Shown here: positions 34,237-39,203 of the stretch, piece by piece
Numbering within the stretch: the first letter of the stretch is position 1
How the letters are laid out: the number at the start of each line of letters is the position of its first letter
From: Octopus bimaculoides
Lineage: Eukaryota
Direction: 5' to 3'
Assembly: GCF_001194135.2 (NCBI RefSeq)
Contig: NC_068986.1
Location: 25,101,906 to 25,141,108, forward strand
DNA length: 39,203 nucleotides
Made by a program: the position numbers and the translations under genes
The notes under the pieces: model-generated
Told to the model about the DNA's origin: nothing
The model's input: the letters and a program-made list of their open reading frames with translations, nothing else
The model's database searches: none

Positions 34237-35837
34237 CTACCAAAGCACAGTTTATTTAAGATCTTCATAAGTGATCCTTTCTATTATAAGCATAAGGCTT
34301 GAAGTTTATGGGGAAGGAAACTAATCGACCCTTTACTACTTTAGAAATATTGATGACAAGTTTTGGCACAAAGCCAGAAATTTCGACCTCGACGGAATTT
34401 GAACTCAGAATGTAAAAACCGACAAAATGTTGTTGGGCATTTTGCCCGTTGCGGCAACGATTCTGCTAGCTCGTTACCTNNNNNNNNNNNNNNNNNNNNN
34501 NNNNNNNNNNNNNNNNNNNNNNNNNNNNNNNNNNNNNNNNNNNNNNNNNNNNNNNNNNNNNNNNNNNNNNNNNNNNNNNNNNNNNNNNNNNNNNNNNNNN
34601 NNNNNNNNNNNNNNNNNNNNNNNNNNNNNNNNNNNNNNNNNNNNNNNNNNNNNNNNNNNNNNNNNNNNNNNNNNNNNNNNNNNNNNNNNNNNNNNNNNNN
34701 NNNNNNNNNNNNNNNNNNNNNNNNNNNNNNNNNNNNNNNNNNNNNNNNNNNNNNNNNNNNNNNNNNNNNNNNNNNNNNNNNNNNNNNNNNNNNNNNNNNN
34801 NNNNNNNNNNNNNNNNNNNNNNNNNNNNNNNNNNNNNNNNNNNNNNNNNNNNNNNNNNNNNNNNNNNNNNNNNNNNNNNNNNNNNNNNNNNNNNNNNNNN
34901 NNNNNNNNNNNNNNNNNNNNNNNNNNNNNNNNNNNNNNNNNNNNNNNNNNNNNNNNNNNNNNNNNNNNNNNNNNNNNNNNNNNNNNNNNNNNNNNNNNNN
35001 NNNNNNNNNNNNNNNNNNNNNNNNNNNNNNNNNNNNNNNNNNNNNNNNNNNNNNNNNNNNNNNNNNNNNNNNNNNNNNNNNNNNNNNNNNNNNNNNNNNN
35101 NNNNNNNNNNNNNNNNNNNNNNNNNNNNNNNNNNNNNNNNNNNNNNNNNNNNNNNNNNNNNNNNNNNNNNNNNNNNNNNNNNNNNNNNNNNNNNNNNNNN
35201 NNNNNNNNNNNNNNNNNNNNNNNNNNNNNNNNNNNNNNNNNNNNNNNNNNNNNNNNNNNNNNNNNNNNNNNNNNNNNNNNNNNNNNNNNNNNNNNNNNNN
35301 NNNNNNNNNNNNNNNNNNNNNNNNNNNNNNNNNNNNNNNNNNNNNNNNNNNNNNNNNNNNNNNNNNNNNNNNNNNNCACCACGAGGCTCCGGCAGCGGAT
35401 GGTGGCGAACCATGCTGTACTCTTTCACAACTTTCTCTCACTCTTTCTTCCTGTTTCTGTTGTGCCTGTAATTCAAAGGACCAGCCTTGTCACACTGTGT
35501 CACCCTGAATATCCCCGAGAACTACGTTAAGGGTACACGTGTCTGTGGAGTGCTCAGCCACTTGCACGTTAATTTCACGAGCAGGCTGTTCCGTTGATCG
35601 GATCAACTGGAACCCTCGACGTCGTAAGCGACGGAGTGCCAACAACAACAATATTTGATGTATTGTGTTGTGTTTTTGTTTTTGTTTTGTTTTTTTTTCT
35701 GAGAGTGAGAAGTGCGGATCAAACTCCAAGGATCGTTCAGGGTGACATAAGTTCTAGCTATGACGCTAAAAAATATAAGGGCTTTGTTTGGCTGAAGTCT
35801 TTTGGTGTTGTCAACTATTCTTATATTATTACCAGGA

Positions 35838-37600
35838 AAAGACTTTGACTCAGGCCATTCTGCGTTGAGACTCATAAGGCAACAAGCTTCCTCTTGTGGG
35901 GGTTGATATGTCTCTGTTCATTCCACTTCTAACCTCCAGGCTTTCATGCATTTAATGTCTTCCTAGAATGTTTGGCGCCAGGTGTTCTTGGACCAACCTT
36001 TTTTCTTGTTTTTCTTCTTCTGATGTCTATGCCATTGCAGTCTTTGCATGCATTGTGGTTGGCAGGTGTAAAATGTGACTCGCCAGATGAGACCGACACA
36101 GTACCGCGATGTTTTGCAATGCCTGAGATTTACTTCGCCGAAAGATTTTCTCGTTTGTAATTCAATCTTGCTAAGTTATTTTGAGGATCTTTCGTAATCC
36201 TCTTTTGAGGAATGCGTTCAGCTTTCTGGCAACCTTCGCTGGCATTTTTCATGTCTCACTGCTATACAGAACCATTGGCTGAACTATTGCTTTATATAGT
36301 CGAATCTTTATTTCACTGGTGCTTGCTATTTACTCAGATTTGGCGCATACCATGAAATATGACCTCTGTTTTTACAATTCTATTTTTTACATATTTTCAT
36401 GCTTTCATCACTACTGAGTACGTTGCCCTGGGAGGAGAAGTTATCAACTGGTCTCACAATTTGTTATCCGAAAAAAATTAAAGGTTGGATCGTAAAATTA
36501 ATCTGCGTCATCTTGGTCTTTTCAGATTGAATTCTTGGCCCTGTCTTTGCTACTTGTTTTTTGAGCTTGGTAGTTGTTCTTGCAGCTTAGTTCTTGTTTC
36601 TTCTAGTAGTGCAATGTCACCGGTAAAGGTCCGATCACAATGTATTTCCGTTTCCTTGCACCATACTACTGCAGTGCTTCCACCGTGTATTTTCTTTATC
36701 ACACAGTCAGTCGCCAGCGGGAAGAGGAGTGAGAGGATATAACCTCGACATACGCCAGAAATGATGCAAAAATATTCAGTGAAACCAGTATCTATCCTGA
36801 CATGGTCTTCTGTACAAAATTTTGAAAATATTGAGGAAAGAACATGCTTGAGCGATCTTCCATTCTTCGGCGATCTTCCATTCTTCGGCGATCTTCTGTT
36901 CTTGGACGATCTTCCATTCTTGAGCAATCTTCCATTCTTGGGCGATCTTCCATTCTTGAGCAGTCTTCCATTCTTGAGCAATCTTCCATTCTTGGGCGAT
37001 CTTCCATNNNNNNNNNNATTCTTGAGCAGTCTTCCATTCTTGAGCAATCTTCCATTCTTGGGCGATCTTCCATTCTTGAGCAGTCTTCCATTCTTGAGCA
37101 ATCTTCCATTCTTGAGCAATCTTCCATTCTTGGGCAATCTTCCATTCTTGGGCAATCTTCCATTCTTGAGCAATTATCCATTCTTGGATGATCTTCCATT
37201 CTTGAGCAATCTTCCATTCTTGGGTGATCTTCCATTCTTGGGCAATATTCCATTCTTGAACAATCTTCCATTCTTGTGGGATCTTCCATTACTGGGCGAT
37301 CTTCCTCATGAGTCCTGTCAAAGAACTTTATTGAAGTTCATGAATATGACTGACGGAACCTGCCAGAACTTTAAACACTGCTCCACAAAAATTATCCTGT
37401 TCTTTCTTCGTTAGCTTGCCGAGACGATCCAGCTTCTTCTCTGTTGTGCTGCATGCATTCAGTCAACCAGGTTCTTGTTTCCAGTGCATACTTTGATGTC
37501 GATAGTACACAAATATCTTTATCAGCCTCTTCTCTTTCTCTCTACACTCCCTGTCAGGATGACCTTGGGCTGTGACACGTGGCATGTTATATAACCAAAA
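35838..37600 (-). mobile_element. RTE-clade LINE relic (RT to 3' end), upstream of the retinochrome start
   Basis: Decayed motifs EQCLKFWQVPSVIFMNF, FDRTHEE..WKI, TGFTEYFCIISGVCRGYILSLLF, DIALLEETRTKLQE, RKILKITWQD*ITNE, RKLVAL. Confidence 0.85.
36848..37305. repeat. 18-bp minisatellite (TTGAGCAATCTTCCATTC), about 25 units, inside the RTE RT
   Basis: Direct reading; 10-nt gap at 37008-37017. Confidence 0.95.
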
Positions 37601-37614
37601 TACGATAGCTTTGT

Positions 37615-37800
37615 AGCTTTGATTCTCGCCTCAAAAAGCAGCACTGCACCCAAAATTGAGACTAGTAAACTGTCAATTTGGACAATATACCCAGCAATGA
37701 AGAAGACAGATGCTTTTGAGATGCGGATCTTTCACAAATTGGGCAGAATATGCTGGAAAAGGCGGAGTATCAAACGCTGCAATACTAAAAAATCCTTGCA
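37615..37800 (+). mobile_element. Short fragment of a second RTE-like LINE, opposite orientation
   Basis: ETSKLSIWTIYPAMKKTDAFEMRIFHKLGRICWKRR resembles the post-RT AFEMWCYRRMLRISW motif. Confidence 0.55.
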
Positions 37801-38115
37801 CTATTGAGCGAGAAAAAATATTTAAAATATTGTTTTACGTCTTGCTTTTTGTTGTTGTTGTTTGTTAATTTGCTTTATCAGATTACGAGTAAAGTAGTAA
37901 CATTCTGTAAAGGAGGATAGTCGTATGAGCTAATCAGAACATCTCACGTTTTTCCATTTGCCTTCAATGATAAATGCCAAACTAGATTATTCCTCATTTA
38001 CTATAAAATTATATACATATTTATTAAATCATTATTTCGTTAAATTTTTTTTTTGATATGGGGTCTGCATACATACATATACATTCCTACGAGTATGTGT
38101 GTGTATACATATGTA

Positions 38116-39023
38116 GGGTGTGGGGCACAATGAGTAATATGTACTGCATTTTTGACTTTGACAAAAATGAATTTCTTTACAAATGTTCACTATTTTACAA
38201 GAACTATATCAGCTAAGTAAATTACTTTCTCTAAATGCATTAGAAGCTCTATAACATTCAGAACACTATTTCAGAAAATAATTTCCATTCTTTTTGAGCA
38301 TAAAAATGACAAATTTAGGTGGGGCAAATTGAGTAAGACAAAGTAAAGTAAATTATCTCGTTAATTTTCCAGTATTACATTTGAAAACAAAAGACTCATA
38401 CACGTCAATATCTGTCGTAAGATGTCAGAAATGCTACAAAATTTTTTTTTTTTAATATCTAGGTCAAATTTTTAAAATATCTTAGAAAAATGGCACATAA
38501 TATGAAATTAACAAAACTCAACTAAATCTAAAACCTCAACATGAAATATTCTCTATAGTATAGCTTCTTTACAATCTGCTGGAGTAGCTCTCTTATTGAT
38601 GTATTTACGCGCCAAATAGTTAAAGAACAAAAATTATTAAAATTAACCCTTACTCATTTTGCCCCACTTTAGTTTTTTTTTCTTAATTTCTAATCAAATT
38701 AGACATTAGTGTGGGGTGAAAATTGACTTGTAATCTAACAGAGAAAAGAATTTTGACTGTTTAGCACCAAAAATTATCTAGATATTTTATTAGCAACCTC
38801 AATTACAATTGGGTCGAAGTTGAGGGAAAATTTCTTGAAAAACAGTAACTTGTCAGCTCACTACGTTTCAAACTCTCTTAACTCCCACGACAACAGTAAC
38901 AACAACTATGTTGAAAAATTTTTTTCTCCCAAAGATGATGCAATACTTACAATGTAATGCTTTCGAACAGGTAAGGAGAAAATAACAAGAAATCAGAAAT
39001 TACTCGTTTTGCCACCACCCCCA
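38116..39023. mobile_element. Probable non-autonomous TA-targeting DNA transposon (pogo-like) with a reiterated GTGGGGCAAAATGAGTAA motif
   Basis: Motif forward at about 38119 and 38319, reverse at about 38649-38668 and 39000-39023; TA at 38114-38115. Confidence 0.45.
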
Positions 39024-39034
39024 CCCACCCTCAT

Positions 39035-39140
39035 GTACACACACACTCAGTTACGTACAAACACATGCATACACATAAATGCACATATATTTATGTGTAT
39101 ATATATATACATATTTATATATACACATAAATATACATAC

Positions 39141-39203
<63 letters not shown>
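39035..39203. repeat. (AC)n/(AT)n microsatellites
   Basis: Direct reading. Confidence 0.9.

Noticed and set aside
15643-35530. 200-380 aa ORFs made mostly of X (15643-16559, 19906-20974, 34341-35530)
   Set aside because: They are open only because of N gaps; the flanks are mariner or SINE sequence
36848-37305. Regular short repeat array as a CRISPR, or as repeat-protein ORFs (207, 217 and 165 aa)
   Set aside because: There are no unique spacers, the context is eukaryotic, and an 18-nt stop-poor unit opens several frames trivially

Overview
AT-rich, microsatellite-laden animal genomic DNA with 7 assembly gaps. The gene and repeat content point to an octopus (coleoid cephalopod); this is inferred, not database-checked. 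The window holds one complete protein-coding gene on the minus strand: a retinochrome (retinal photoisomerase opsin). It has six coding exons, all with GT-AG boundaries and matching phases (33058-33124, 12871-13030, 10806-10933, 5259-5355, 3852-4071, 1062-1277), giving 888 nt and 295 aa, with a ~20 kb first intron. Nearly all ORFs in the supplied track are artefacts of microsatellites or N-runs. The introns and flanks are a transposon graveyard: tRNA-derived SINEs; Tc1, mariner and maT relics; piggyBac-, hAT- and pogo-like MITEs; a Helentron-type element; and HERO-like, RTE and Dong/R4-like LINE fragments. The most unusual signals are three Penelope-type hammerhead ribozyme motifs (one inside a tRNA-headed SINE), an 81-bp-arm near-perfect palindrome, a DD36E-spaced Tc1 transposase, an 18-bp minisatellite born from a LINE reverse-transcriptase motif, and nested inverted repeats that could form long dsRNA in the pre-mRNA.
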